The notes under the pieces: model-generated
The model's input: the letters and a program-made list of their open reading frames with translations, nothing else
Told to the model about the DNA's origin: nothing
Databases searched by the model: none
DNA from: an uncultured Nitrososphaerota archaeon
Lineage (GTDB): Archaea; Thermoproteota; Nitrososphaeria; Conexivisphaerales; DTJL01
Assembly: GCA_963842885.1 (NCBI GenBank)
Contig: CAWJIE010000003.1
Coordinates: forward strand, 320,001 to 384,000
Direction: 5' to 3'
DNA length: 64,000 nucleotides
Shown here: in pieces, positions 10,374-20,426 of the stretch
Numbering within the stretch: position 1 is the stretch's first letter
How the letters are laid out: each line of letters starts with the position of its first letter
Translations under genes and position numbers: made by a program

Positions 10374-10469
10374 TGGTGGCCGAGGTATGGCTACCGCCTG
10401 CCAATCTTAAAAAGTAACCTACATGAATACCGACTTCGAGAGGACGTCTGGCTGAGGCCTTGTGACTTG

Positions 10470-11498
10470 ATGAGAATTGATGGAAGCCGCGGTGAAGGAG
10501 GGGGGCAGATACTCCGGACCTCCCTCATTTTCTCGCTTGTGCAGGGAAGGGAGGTTGAGGTTTACAACATCAGGGCGAAGAGGGATAACCCCGGGCTTCG
10601 ACCTCAACATCTGGCCGTCGTCAATGCTTTCGCCTCCGCGACGGGGGGCCTTGTGGAGAACGCCAAGGTCGGCTCTGACCGAATCAGGTTCTCACCGGCT
10701 TCGAGCGTCGCCGACTCTCTTGAAATAGACGTGGGCACCGCCGGCAGCGTAACGCTCATCCTTCAGACGTTGCTCTCCGCCATCTCTCTAAAGGGTATGG
10801 AATGCAACCTGCGAGTGAGAGGTGGCACCGACACTAGGTGGAGCCCCACATATGATTACTTCCAGAAGGTCTACGAGCCAGCGGCGTCGGTCCTTGGCGT
10901 CAAGATCGAATCCACCTTGAAGAGACGGGGATTCTATCCCGCTGGCGGAGGCGTCGTGGAGGGTCAGTGCCGGCCTGCCGGGCCACCATCCTTCGTCAAG
11001 TTCGAGACGCATCCTGCGCTTAATGGGGTCGCAGTCTCCAGCGTCTGCGCGAATCTCCCAAGGTCGGTGGCGGCTCGGCAGGCGGACTCGGCGGTGGCCT
11101 GTCTGACAAAGGCAGGGGCCCATGTGGAGGATGTCAGAGTCGACGAGCAGGATGCAGACTCCCCGGGTACCTCCATCTTGGTGCACCATCGAGAAGGGGA
11201 CGCGGTCTTCCTGGGGGGTGACGCGGTTGGCGAAAGGGGCGTCAGGGCTGAGGACGTCGGCGCATCTGCGGCGTCGGACTTCCTCGCCTCCAGATCGAAA
11301 GGGGCTTCGGTGGATCATCACCTGGCCGACATGCTCGTTCCGCTGATGGCCCTGCAAGGAGGGGGAGAGATGCTCACTGACGAAGACACCCAACACCTGA
11401 GGACGAACCTCGAGGTGGCGGCCGCCTTCACGGGCTGCCTCTACGACATAGCAAAGGAGGGGGCCCTCTGCAGGGTGAGAGTGCTCAAACGAGTGTGA
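10470..11498 (+). CDS. rtcA: RNA 3'-terminal phosphate cyclase
   Basis: IDGSRGEGGGQILR, PGLRPQH, GFYPAGGG, HLRTN. Confidence 0.95.
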   Translation: MRIDGSRGEGGGQILRTSLIFSLVQGREVEVYNIRAKRDNPGLRPQHLAVVNAFASATGGLVENAKVGSDRIRFSPASSVADSLEIDVGTAGSVTLILQTLLSAISLKGMECNLRVRGGTDTRWSPTYDYFQKVYEPAASVLGVKIESTLKRRGFYPAGGGVVEGQCRPAGPPSFVKFETHPALNGVAVSSVCANLPRSVAARQADSAVACLTKAGAHVEDVRVDEQDADSPGTSILVHHREGDAVFLGGDAVGERGVRAEDVGASAASDFLASRSKGASVDHHLADMLVPLMALQGGGEMLTDEDTQHLRTNLEVAAAFTGCLYDIAKEGALCRVRVLKRV

Positions 11499-11560
11499 GA
11501 AGGCCCCTTGAGTCGAATGTCGATAACCCTTTTATTCATGCCACTTTCAAGAAATCGCAA

Positions 11561-12157
11561 ATGTCTGAATTCATGATTCCTGGGGCTACGGCCGTGGGCA
11601 TTGTCTTCGATGACGGTGTAGTCCTCGCGGCCGAGAAGAGGTTCACTTATGGCAACTTCATCATGAGCAAGACGGGGAAGAAGGTCTTCATGCTCAACTC
11701 CAACACGGGAGCGGCGTTCGCAGGGATGATCGGCGACATGCAGGTCCTCGCAAGGAACATGCAGTCGATCATCAAGATGAGGGAGATGGAGATCCGTAGG
11801 AAGATGACCCCCAATTCGGTCGCCAAGCTGATGTCTGTGGTCATGTACAACCGGAAGATGGCTCCTTTCCTGAATCAGGTCATCCTAGCCGGAGTAGACG
11901 TAACGCCATCGATTTACATCCTGGATGCGTTAGGGTCCGTCATCCCGGACAAATACGCCGTCATAGGCTCGGGGACGGAGATCGCCATCGGCGTGGTCGA
12001 ATCCGAGTTTGTGGATGGAATGGACGAGGAGAAGGCCAAGCAGCTCGCCATCAAGTCGATCAAGGCCGCAAGCCAGAGGGACGCGGCGAGCGGGGACGGC
12101 ATCGACCTGATGGTCATATCAAAGGGCGGAATCAAGGAAGAGAAAGTGGCCTTCTGA
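11561..12157 (+). CDS. psmB: Proteasome subunit beta, non-catalytic paralog
   Basis: PG/ATAVG (Ala replaces catalytic Thr1), GSG, RDAASGDG. Confidence 0.9.
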   Translation: MSEFMIPGATAVGIVFDDGVVLAAEKRFTYGNFIMSKTGKKVFMLNSNTGAAFAGMIGDMQVLARNMQSIIKMREMEIRRKMTPNSVAKLMSVVMYNRKMAPFLNQVILAGVDVTPSIYILDALGSVIPDKYAVIGSGTEIAIGVVESEFVDGMDEEKAKQLAIKSIKAASQRDAASGDGIDLMVISKGGIKEEKVAF

Positions 12158-12180
12158 CAGGCCGAAGCTGCTGATGGCTC

Positions 12181-12828
12181 TTGAAGAAGGTTGATTCGCT
12201 GAACAAGGTACTGGGCTCACTTGCTTCGTCATCGAGGAGCCTCGAAGGTGCCGTGGCCAGGCGCGAGAAGATCCTCAAGGGCTCGCGTGACGTCGTGGCC
12301 GACTGCTCCAAGGCGATAATAGGCATCCACACGGGCGACAGGGAGGCCGCCAGGGCCCTGATCCTGAAGGCGAGACAAGGTCTGAAGGAGCTACGGGAGG
12401 CCTCCCAGGGAGAGATGGATAAGTACCTGACGTCTCCAGAGACGGAGTACGTCGAGGCCGAGGCCCTCCTTGCGTTGGTCGGGCACAAAGCCATGCCGTC
12501 GGCCGAGGAGCTCGGCGTTCTGCCTGGATCTTACATCCTAGGCCTTCTGGACGTGATAGGCGAAGCGAAGAGAAGGCTCTTCGACTGCATCAGGCAGGGC
12601 GAACTCGACGAAGCAGAACACCTCTTCAAGGTCATGGAGACGCTGTACGTCTCCATCAAGCCCCTGGCGGTATACGACAACATCGTCCCCGGGCTAAGGC
12701 GCAAGCTGGACGTAGACAGGTCCATTCTGGAAGACACGAGAAGCATGATGACGGAGGAGACGAGACGGACCAAACTCCTTAAGATGATGCGCTCGCTCGA
12801 AAGGAAGATGGATGCCTCGAAAGAGTAG
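12181..12828 (+). CDS. Translin/C3PO family RNA-binding protein
   Basis: RE..LKGSR, EYVEA, YILGLLDVIGE, LRRKLD. Confidence 0.85.
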   Translation: MKKVDSLNKVLGSLASSSRSLEGAVARREKILKGSRDVVADCSKAIIGIHTGDREAARALILKARQGLKELREASQGEMDKYLTSPETEYVEAEALLALVGHKAMPSAEELGVLPGSYILGLLDVIGEAKRRLFDCIRQGELDEAEHLFKVMETLYVSIKPLAVYDNIVPGLRRKLDVDRSILEDTRSMMTEETRRTKLLKMMRSLERKMDASKE

Positions 12829-13475
12829 GCCCGCCTTCAGAGACTTCTTCCCGTACGCCACCTTGGTACAGAGGGAGCTGGCACGGCTCTACCTCCCTTC
12901 AGGCATCAAGGCCGAAGAAGCCAGAGACGACCGTGGCACTGGACGTGTCCTATTCCAAGGAGAAGGCGTTCGCGGCGGCCGTCGTCTGCCAGGCAGAAGG
13001 AGAGAAGGTCGTAGAGGTGCAGACGGGCGTCTTCGGCGTTCACTTCCCGTACATCCCTGGATACCTCTACATTAGAGAGGCCCCTTCCCTGTTGAGGATC
13101 CTCGCCCAGGTCGAGTCGGACTACGACCTTCTCCTGGTGGACGCGCATGGGAGGCTGCATCCCAGGAAGGCGGGCCTCGCCACCATCGTGGGGGTCCTGA
13201 TGGAAAAGCCGACGGTGGGCGTGGCCAAGAGCTTGCTGACAGGGGAGATAAGGGGGATCGGGCGGGCGCGGCCCGTGTACCTCCACGGAGAAGTGGAGGG
13301 GCTGTGCCTGAAGGACGGGAGGACATTCTACGCGAGCCCGGGAAACATGATGTCCATTGAAGAGATAGAGAAGTGGCTGAGGGGCAGAGATTACGCGTAT
13401 CCCAGGGAGCTGGTCCGGGCCGACGCCCTCTCCAAGGAGCTCAGAGTGACTTCAGAAGCTGGGGGTCCCTCTTGA
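12812..13475 (+). CDS. nfi: Endonuclease V, +1 frameshift near 12925
   Basis: N-terminal QRELA in ORF 12812; DVSY, FPYIPGYLYIRE, DAHGRLHPR, GVAKS in ORF 12933. Confidence 0.9.
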
Positions 13476-14082
13476 GGTTCGTGCTCTTGAGGCTTGGCAA
13501 TGGGCTGTCGAGCCTGGTCACGATGAATTTCAGGCCTTTCGCGCTCCCCTGAGCCAAGAACGTCGCCTCGCGGTGGGTCTGGTCGTAGCCCAGGGCTATG
13601 ATGTCGGGCCTTATCAGCTCCACCGTCTCGAAGATGTCCTTTTCGCTCCCAAGGATGGCCGCATCGACGAAACGCAGGCTCCTCACCAGGTTGAGACGGG
13701 TCTCCTCCGTGTTCACGGCGGGCTTCCCCCTCATGCTCAGGACCGTCTTGTCCCTAGCCACCGAAACTACCAGCATGTCCCCCAAGGCCCTGGCCTTCGA
13801 CAAGGTGTAGATGTGGCCTGGGTGCAGGATGTCGAAGACGCCTCCAGCCATGACTACCTTTAGGCTGCTCCGTCCGTCCAGGGTGAGCATGAAGCGATCG
13901 TGGTCAGAGATGGACACGAGCCCGCTCCTGACGGCCTCTTCGATAAGGGCGTCGCCCAACTCGGGGCCTAACCCCAGGCTCAGTAGGATGCTTTGATGTG
14001 TCCATTCACCTTCCAGTGTGAGGGAGAGCAGGGTCGTGAGGAACTTCTTCTTTACGGCGTCGCTCTTGAACAACTCAGTCAT
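13441..14082 (-). CDS. ribL: FAD synthase RibL-like nucleotidyltransferase with N-terminal wHTH-like segment
   Basis: GGVFDILHPGH, VARD, PDIIALGYDQ. Confidence 0.85.
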   Translation of the reverse strand: MTELFKSDAVKKKFLTTLLSLTLEGEWTHQSILLSLGLGPELGDALIEEAVRSGLVSISDHDRFMLTLDGRSSLKVVMAGGVFDILHPGHIYTLSKARALGDMLVVSVARDKTVLSMRGKPAVNTEETRLNLVRSLRFVDAAILGSEKDIFETVELIRPDIIALGYDQTHREATFLAQGSAKGLKFIVTRLDSPLPSLKSTNLKRDPQLLKSL

Positions 14083-14117
14083 GACAAGCAGCCGCTCCCC
14101 ACAGCAGCGCGCCTATC

Positions 14118-14567
14118 CTAGCTCTGCACTACCTGACGAAGTTCCTTGTCGGCAATGATGGACGGATGATGGGTGTCCACCAGGACAGCCTCGAACCATC
14201 GGTAACGGCCATCCTCCATCAGGAAGTAGGATCCGAGCACCTTCATGTTGGGGTACCTGTCGACAACCCTGGTGGCAACGACGCCGGCCTCGGGAAGCTG
14301 CCCCTTGATCCTCAGGACGCCCAAATGCTTGGGCCTTCTTCCGGCAACGGGTCTCTTGATCCTAATCCCGCCTCTTGATATCCTGACCCTAACAACGATG
14401 AAGCCTTGCTTGGCCTTGTATCCGACCTTCCTTGCCCTGTCGAGGCGCGTGGGATGGGCCAGACGCACGACGCGTGGACCCCTCCTCCACGAAACGAGAC
14501 GGCCCTTGATGTTGGGGTCCTTCTCTCTGAGTGCGGTCTGCCAAGTCTCTGCAACGTACTTGTACAT
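14118..14567 (-). CDS. rpl15e: 50S ribosomal protein L15e (short form)
   Basis: PTRLDRAR..GYKAKQG, GRRPK, EDGRYRWFE. Confidence 0.95.
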   Translation of the reverse strand: MYKYVAETWQTALREKDPNIKGRLVSWRRGPRVVRLAHPTRLDRARKVGYKAKQGFIVVRVRISRGGIRIKRPVAGRRPKHLGVLRIKGQLPEAGVVATRVVDRYPNMKVLGSYFLMEDGRYRWFEAVLVDTHHPSIIADKELRQVVQS

Positions 14568-14663
14568 CGACGCTTCAGCTGAGCCTCCACTTTCCTTCAC
14601 TTAAAGCTTTTACCCCAAGAAGCGCACAGTTCGCTCGTCTCAACTGCGCTGGTCTTTCATAAT

Positions 14664-15602
14664 TCAGCCGAGCTTGGAAAGGTGGTCTAGCACCTTCTGC
14701 GCCACGATCGTAGCAGCCGAGGCCTGGGCCTCAAACGTCTGTCCGCCAATGTGGGGGGTGAAGACGACGTTGTCTAGTGAGAGGAGCTCGCTGCCGAGGG
14801 GCGGCTCTATGGCAAAGACATCTAACGCCGCGCCCTTAATGGAGCCGCTTTTCAGGGCGTTTACAATTGCGTTTTCATCCAACACTTCGCCCCTCGACGT
14901 GTTCACGATAAAGGAGGTGCTCTTCATCTTCGCCAACCGCTCTGCGCCTATGAAGCCTCGCATTGCGGCCCCACCAGGGAGGTGCAAGGAGATGAAATCG
15001 GATGCGGAGAGCAGTTCGTCAAGCTCAACCATCTTGGCGCCCAGGGCGTCCAATGTCAGCTGGTCGGGTCGGACGACGTCGTACGCCAAGATGTTAACAT
15101 GAAAAGGCTTAAGCAACTCGGCTAGGCGTCGGCCGATGCGGCCGAAGCCCACGATGCCCACCGTCTTCCCGGAGATTTCGGTCCCCATGAGAGACTCCTT
15201 GATCCAAACGCCGTTCTTGAGACTATGATGCCCCGCTCCCACCCCGCGCGCCGCCGCGATCATCAGACCAAGAGCCAGCTCGGCGACCGCGTTCGTCAGA
15301 GATTCGGGGGAGTTGTAGACGGCGATCCCTCGCTGCTTGGCAGCGTCGACGTCGATGTTGTCGAGGCCCACGCCGGCACGGCCAATCACCTTCAGCTTGG
15401 CAGCCTTCTGGATGACGTCACCCCTTATCTTGGTCCTGCTTCGGACCACGACTGCGTCGAACTCATCGATAACGGCGAGAAGCTCCTCAGGGGTTATTTT
15501 GGGCCGATAGTCGACCTCTAATCCGCCATCTCTGAGAAGTTTCAAACCCCGCTCGTCGATGTGGTCACAGACCAGAACCTTGTACGTGGTGGCCAACTCC
15601 AT
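14664..15602 (-). CDS. D-2-hydroxyacid dehydrogenase (SerA-like, no ACT domain)
   Basis: [32 protein letters not shown]. Confidence 0.9.
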   Translation of the reverse strand: MELATTYKVLVCDHIDERGLKLLRDGGLEVDYRPKITPEELLAVIDEFDAVVVRSRTKIRGDVIQKAAKLKVIGRAGVGLDNIDVDAAKQRGIAVYNSPESLTNAVAELALGLMIAAARGVGAGHHSLKNGVWIKESLMGTEISGKTVGIVGFGRIGRRLAELLKPFHVNILAYDVVRPDQLTLDALGAKMVELDELLSASDFISLHLPGGAAMRGFIGAERLAKMKSTSFIVNTSRGEVLDENAIVNALKSGSIKGAALDVFAIEPPLGSELLSLDNVVFTPHIGGQTFEAQASAATIVAQKVLDHLSKLG

Positions 15603-15632
15603 CGCCCAGATGATTGTGCGTCCGTCTTTGAT

Positions 15633-16991
15633 TTAAACGCTGGCTCGCGTCATGATTAGCCTGGTCAGACGCCTAGCCGCCACCACAGGCGAGGGCCAGA
15701 AGTTCTGCACAGGCGGGGAGAAATTCGTTTCAAGGTACGCCAAGGCCGATATGTGTAGCCCTTGGGAGATCATCATGGTCGCAAGGTTCCCCCACCCGGC
15801 GGCTCCAAGCCCGATGAACTGGGCGCCTAGAAGGAGGCCGGAACTGGAGTCAACGACCAACTTGGAGTTCAGGTTCCCTCCCCCGGGGAAGTATGGAGCG
15901 TACGCGTATGACGTCCCTTCGGCGACCAGAATGGGGATCCCATAGGTCTTGGCCTCCGTCTCCGACAGACCGGTGGCAGAGACCTCCAGACCGGCGATCC
16001 TCGAGGAGGTATTCCCGTAGAGTTCGGGGAGCTTCTCCTTTCCGCCAGCCGCGTTGGCGCCAGCGACCTCGCCCGTCCTCAACGCTATGGTGGCGAGCTG
16101 GATGGGACGGCTCTCGGAAACCAACTTGTTAGTCAGCTCGACGCAGTCGCCAGCCGCGAAAACACCGGGGATGTTCGTCTGTGATTCCTCGCCGACAAGT
16201 ATCCCTCCGTAGCGTCCCAAGGCCACCCCTGCCTCCCGGGCCTCCGCTGCCTCCGGCCTAATCCCGGCCGAAGCCACAACGAGTTCCGCTTTGATAAGCT
16301 CGCCATCCACCAGGACGCCTTCTGCCCCTTCGAAGCCCATAATGCTCTCAACCTTCCTGCCAAGGATGAAGGTGACGCCCCTGAAGGCCAGGGCATCTCG
16401 GACCCTGGCCGCCATGGAAGGGTCGAAGACGGTGGGCAGAACCTCAGGCATCATCTCCACCACCGTGACCTTGCTGCCCCTAAGAGTCAACGCGTCAGCG
16501 ACTTCCAGCCCGATGAGACCGGCACCGACTATCACAGCGGAGCCACCCTGCTTAGCCACCGCTGAAATAGCAACAGCATCCTCCAGCGTCCTGAGCTTCA
16601 TCACGCCAGCCCTGCCGAACCCTGGAATCGGGAGGTCGACAGCCTGAGCTCCCGTCGCCAGAACAAGAGAATCGTAACTCATGGAGTCAACTCCACCAAC
16701 CCGCCTGACGGACAACGTCTTCTCTGCGGGACTAATCTTCTCCAGAGTGGTCTCGAGGGAGAGGTTCACCTTCAGGGACTCTTCGTAGTAGGCCTTCTTG
16801 TTCAAGAAGAGGTTGGAGCTAGCTGGGACGTCGCTGGAGATGACATAGGGGAGGCCGCATCGCGAGTACTCATGGTGCGTCGAACTTTCGATGATAGTGA
16901 TTGAGGCGACTCTGTCCTGCTTCCGGGCTGCCTCCGCCGCCGTAGTTCCGGCCAGTCCACAACCTACAATAACAACCTGTCTGTTTCCCAC
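15633..16991 (-). CDS. NADH oxidase / CoA-disulfide reductase family flavoprotein
   Basis: GCGLAG, single redox Cys YSRCGLPY, GAGLIGLE, FAAGDC. Confidence 0.85.
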   Translation of the reverse strand: MGNRQVVIVGCGLAGTTAAEAARKQDRVASITIIESSTHHEYSRCGLPYVISSDVPASSNLFLNKKAYYEESLKVNLSLETTLEKISPAEKTLSVRRVGGVDSMSYDSLVLATGAQAVDLPIPGFGRAGVMKLRTLEDAVAISAVAKQGGSAVIVGAGLIGLEVADALTLRGSKVTVVEMMPEVLPTVFDPSMAARVRDALAFRGVTFILGRKVESIMGFEGAEGVLVDGELIKAELVVASAGIRPEAAEAREAGVALGRYGGILVGEESQTNIPGVFAAGDCVELTNKLVSESRPIQLATIALRTGEVAGANAAGGKEKLPELYGNTSSRIAGLEVSATGLSETEAKTYGIPILVAEGTSYAYAPYFPGGGNLNSKLVVDSSSGLLLGAQFIGLGAAGWGNLATMMISQGLHISALAYLETNFSPPVQNFWPSPVVAARRLTRLIMTRASV

Positions 16992-17025
16992 AAGTAATAG
17001 CGGGAGGAGGGTTCATTATAAATTG

Positions 17026-18222
17026 ATGGTGGGCCTAATCGGCAAGCCCAACACGGGGAAGTCGAGTTTCTTCAACGCGGCCACCCTCCTCGACGCACCC
17101 GTGGCCAACTACCCGTTTACCACCATCGAACCCAACGTAGGTGTTGCGTATATCACCAAGAAATGCATATGCAGGGAGCTGGGCGTGCAGGACAGCCCCA
17201 AGAACAGCGCATGCGTGGACGGCGTAAGGCGCATCCCGGTCAAGTTGGTGGATGTTGCCGGCCTCATCCCCGGCGCATCCAAGGGGTTGGGATTGGGGAA
17301 CAAGTTTCTGGACGACCTGAGAAGGGCCGATGCATTGATTCACGTGGTGGACGCCTCTGGTGGAACTGACAGGGAGGGCAAGGTCGTCACCGCAGGGACC
17401 GAGGATCCCATGGAGGACGTGGCGTTTGTGGAGAGAGAGTACGACCTCTGGCTGACCGGCATCCTGGTAAGAGACTGGGCGAAGATGACGAGACATATCG
17501 AGCCGGCGAAGGCCAAGGAGGCCGTCGCGGAGAAGCTGACGGGGCTGGGCGTCTCCGTCAGCGACATGCTGGATGCCGTGCGAAAGGCGCAGTTGGAGGC
17601 CAAGAAGATGGCCGATTGGAGCGACGAGGAAGTAGCACGGTTCGCTTCCGAGCTGCGCAAGTCCAACAAGCCGATACTGATTGCCGCCAACAAAGCCGAC
17701 GTCCCCGCGTCGGCGGCCAACGTGAAGAGGCTCAAGGATTCGGGTAGGATGGTGATTCCGACGTCGGCAGCTGCGGAACTCCTCCTCAGGAGGGCGGCGG
17801 AGAAGGGCCTCATTGCCTACTCCCCTGGCGATGGCTCGTTCGGGGTGAAGGAGGGAACGGCGCTCAGCCCGGAGCAGTCCAAGGCCCTCGAGTTCGTGGA
17901 CCAGAAGGTCTTGAGAATCTACGGAGACACGGGCGTGCAGAGAGCCCTCAACGAAGCTTACTACGGCTTGCTGAATGGAATCGTCGTCTACCCTGTGGAA
18001 GACGAGAACAAGTTCTCCGACAAGAACGGGAATGTCCTCCCGGACGCATTCGTGCTGCCCAAGGGCTCCACCGCGAAAGACCTTGCCGGCAAGATTCACA
18101 GTGATTTGGTTGAATGCTTCCTCTATGCGATGGACGCCAAGAGGAAGACCCGGCTCGGGGCTGAGTACGAACTGAAAGATGGGGACGTAATCAAGATAGT
18201 GGCTACATCTAGGCGGGCGTAG
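17026..18222 (+). CDS. ychF: Obg-family ATPase YchF
   Basis: GKPNTGKS, NYPFTTI, DVAGL, ANKAD, C-terminal TGS. Confidence 0.95.
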   Translation: MVGLIGKPNTGKSSFFNAATLLDAPVANYPFTTIEPNVGVAYITKKCICRELGVQDSPKNSACVDGVRRIPVKLVDVAGLIPGASKGLGLGNKFLDDLRRADALIHVVDASGGTDREGKVVTAGTEDPMEDVAFVEREYDLWLTGILVRDWAKMTRHIEPAKAKEAVAEKLTGLGVSVSDMLDAVRKAQLEAKKMADWSDEEVARFASELRKSNKPILIAANKADVPASAANVKRLKDSGRMVIPTSAAAELLLRRAAEKGLIAYSPGDGSFGVKEGTALSPEQSKALEFVDQKVLRIYGDTGVQRALNEAYYGLLNGIVVYPVEDENKFSDKNGNVLPDAFVLPKGSTAKDLAGKIHSDLVECFLYAMDAKRKTRLGAEYELKDGDVIKIVATSRRA

Positions 18223-18844
18223 TCTCGACGGCAGCTTCAGGAGCGGGTGCGGGCTGGTCCTTCGGGGCCTTCAGGAGCTTGGTCTTCCGAATGCCTAGAT
18301 GGCGCAGCATGTTGATTTTCTTGGCTTCGGCGAAGATCTCAGAGGCCGTCTTGTTCAAGACCATCTCCTGAACCAGCTGCTCGTAATCGAGCGCAGCCGC
18401 CTTCTCCTGGAGTATCTTGTCGGCGACTTCGCGGACCTTGTGTTTCCTAGAGCTGTTGATCCTTCCCTGGGTAAACGCGATGAGATAGATGCGAATGAGG
18501 TAGCCGTCCCTAGTTGTGTAGTCCTTTATTAGACCGACCATGGAGGAGCCTCTCCTGACCAAGCTTCTCATGTATTCTCGGGCGTACTCGTGGCCCCTGA
18601 AGGTGGTGAAGGCTTTGTTCCCATCGATCTTGGTGACCACAAATGAGACCTTTATCGAGTAGTGAGATGGGTCCTGCTTCAGCAGGTCATACAGCGTGGT
18701 CTGGATGACCCTGCCGATGGCCTTGTTGGCGTCAGTGGCAGGTATCCTGGCTATCTGCACGCCTCCGAAACTGCTGGGGGCAATGACTTCGAGCCAAGTC
18801 TTTTCACGCCATTTATCCTTGACTTTTGTGGTCTTCCTCGGCAT
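18209..18844 (-). CDS. rps3ae: 30S ribosomal protein S3Ae (eS1)
   Basis: KDKW..K.W, GRVIQTTLYD, YMRSLVRR. Confidence 0.95.
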   Translation of the reverse strand: MPRKTTKVKDKWREKTWLEVIAPSSFGGVQIARIPATDANKAIGRVIQTTLYDLLKQDPSHYSIKVSFVVTKIDGNKAFTTFRGHEYAREYMRSLVRRGSSMVGLIKDYTTRDGYLIRIYLIAFTQGRINSSRKHKVREVADKILQEKAAALDYEQLVQEMVLNKTASEIFAEAKKINMLRHLGIRKTKLLKAPKDQPAPAPEAAVETTPA

Positions 18845-18888
18845 ACCGCTACGCGATTAGCCCTTCGCTGTCAAAGATATAAACCGTT

Positions 18889-20169
18889 CTAGGCAGAGAA
18901 AGGGTGGATCCTCTCCTTGCCGCCCATGAAATCCTGAAGCGGTCTGGGGATATCGAACGAGCCGTCCGAGTTCTGGAAGTTCTCCATCATGGCGATAAGG
19001 GCCCTGCTGGTGGCGACGAGGGTAGAGTTGAGCGTGTGAACCAGGCGCGGTTCGTCGCCCATCTTGTCTCTGAACCTGATGGAAAGGCGCCGTGCCTGCC
19101 AGTCGGTGCAGTTGGAGCAGGAGACCGCTTCACGGTACATCCCCTGGCCCGGAAGCCATACTTCGAGGTCGTACTTCTTGGCGGCTGGAGCGCCCAGGTC
19201 GCCCGAGCATATGTTGACCACCCTGTAGGGGAGCCCGAGCTGCTGGAAGAACACCTCGGCCGTGGAGATGAGCCTCTCGTGCTCTGGCCAGGAGTCTTCC
19301 GGCCGGGCGAAGACGAACTGCTCGACCTTTTCGAACTGATGGACGCGGAAGATGCCTTTAGTGTCACGGCCGTGTGCGCCCGCCTCCTTCCTGAAGCAGG
19401 GTGAAACCCCCAGGTACCTTATCGGGAGCCGGCTCCCTTTCAGAATCTCGTCGGCGTGGTATGCCAAGAGAGCGTGCTCGGATGTCGTCAGAAGGTAAAG
19501 ATCTTCTCCATCCAGCTTGTAGATCGAGTCCTCGAAAGCGGTCAGGTCGACGGCCCCCTCCATTATCTCCTTCCTGAGCATGAAGGGAGGCTGCACCACC
19601 GTGTAGCCCTTCTCCTGTCCGAACTCCAGCGCAAACTGAATCAGAGCGAAATTGAGGCGAACCAGGTCGCCCTTCAGGTAGTAGAAGCGGGCTCCTGCCA
19701 CCTTCGCGCCCCTCTCCATGTCGATGATGTCCAGAGACGTCCCCAGGTCGATGTGGTCCTTGACGGGGAATCCCATCGGTCTGGGGGTCCCCCAGCGCCT
19801 TACCTCCACGCTGTTCTCATCGCCGATGCAGTCGGGCACGCTCTCGTGGACGACGTTGGGGAGACCCAGTTGAAGATGGTGGAGCGCTTCTTCCGTCTTC
19901 CTGAGCTCCTGGTCATCGTTGGAGATCTTGGCGGACACATCCCTCATCTCGGCGATCATCTTCGAAGGGTCCTGCTTCTTGGCCTTCATCACAGCCACCT
20001 CATCTGAGCAGACGTTCCTCTGGTGGCGGAGGTCCTGCAGCTCAACGATGAGCTTGCGGCGCTTTGCGTCGAACTCCAAGAGCTCGTCCAGAGGGAATTG
20101 GACCCGCCTCTTGCTCAGGTAGGCTCGGACCAGGTCAGGGTTCTCCCTGACGAACTTCATGTCGAGCAT
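18889..20169 (-). CDS. serS: Serine--tRNA ligase
   Basis: TSE, FRKEAG, GIFRVHQFEK, SCSNCTD, HTLN. Confidence 0.97.
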   Translation of the reverse strand: MLDMKFVRENPDLVRAYLSKRRVQFPLDELLEFDAKRRKLIVELQDLRHQRNVCSDEVAVMKAKKQDPSKMIAEMRDVSAKISNDDQELRKTEEALHHLQLGLPNVVHESVPDCIGDENSVEVRRWGTPRPMGFPVKDHIDLGTSLDIIDMERGAKVAGARFYYLKGDLVRLNFALIQFALEFGQEKGYTVVQPPFMLRKEIMEGAVDLTAFEDSIYKLDGEDLYLLTTSEHALLAYHADEILKGSRLPIRYLGVSPCFRKEAGAHGRDTKGIFRVHQFEKVEQFVFARPEDSWPEHERLISTAEVFFQQLGLPYRVVNICSGDLGAPAAKKYDLEVWLPGQGMYREAVSCSNCTDWQARRLSIRFRDKMGDEPRLVHTLNSTLVATSRALIAMMENFQNSDGSFDIPRPLQDFMGGKERIHPFSA

Positions 20170-20174
20170 CTAGG

Positions 20175-20426
20175 CTAGTTCCCCTCCGCGGAGCGGATCC
20201 CGAGAAGAGAGACCCCACATGCTTCAAACACATCATCCACGGTGGAAATAAGCGTATCTGTGACGGAGGAGGAAGCGAATGTGAGCATCAGCGTATTGCC
20301 TTTGCGCTTCATTTCGAGGGAGAGGCCCGGCGGGAAGCCGACGTTGTCAGGCTCCAAGCTGGAGTGGAGGGCTTTTGCCAGAGAGGCGTCGTCGGTGGAG
20401 ATTCGTATCCTCACGGAGGCCCTCAA
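20175..20426 (-). CDS. pcc1: KEOPS subunit Pcc1
   Basis: SLEPDN motif, 83 aa, conserved position between DHH gene and serS; TTGA start/stop overlap. Confidence 0.8.
   Translation of the reverse strand: MRASVRIRISTDDASLAKALHSSLEPDNVGFPPGLSLEMKRKGNTLMLTFASSSVTDTLISTVDDVFEACGVSLLGIRSAEGN

Noticed and set aside
11561-12157. Proteasome beta subunit without catalytic Thr as a novelty
   Set aside because: Inactive second beta subunits are already known in TACK archaea.
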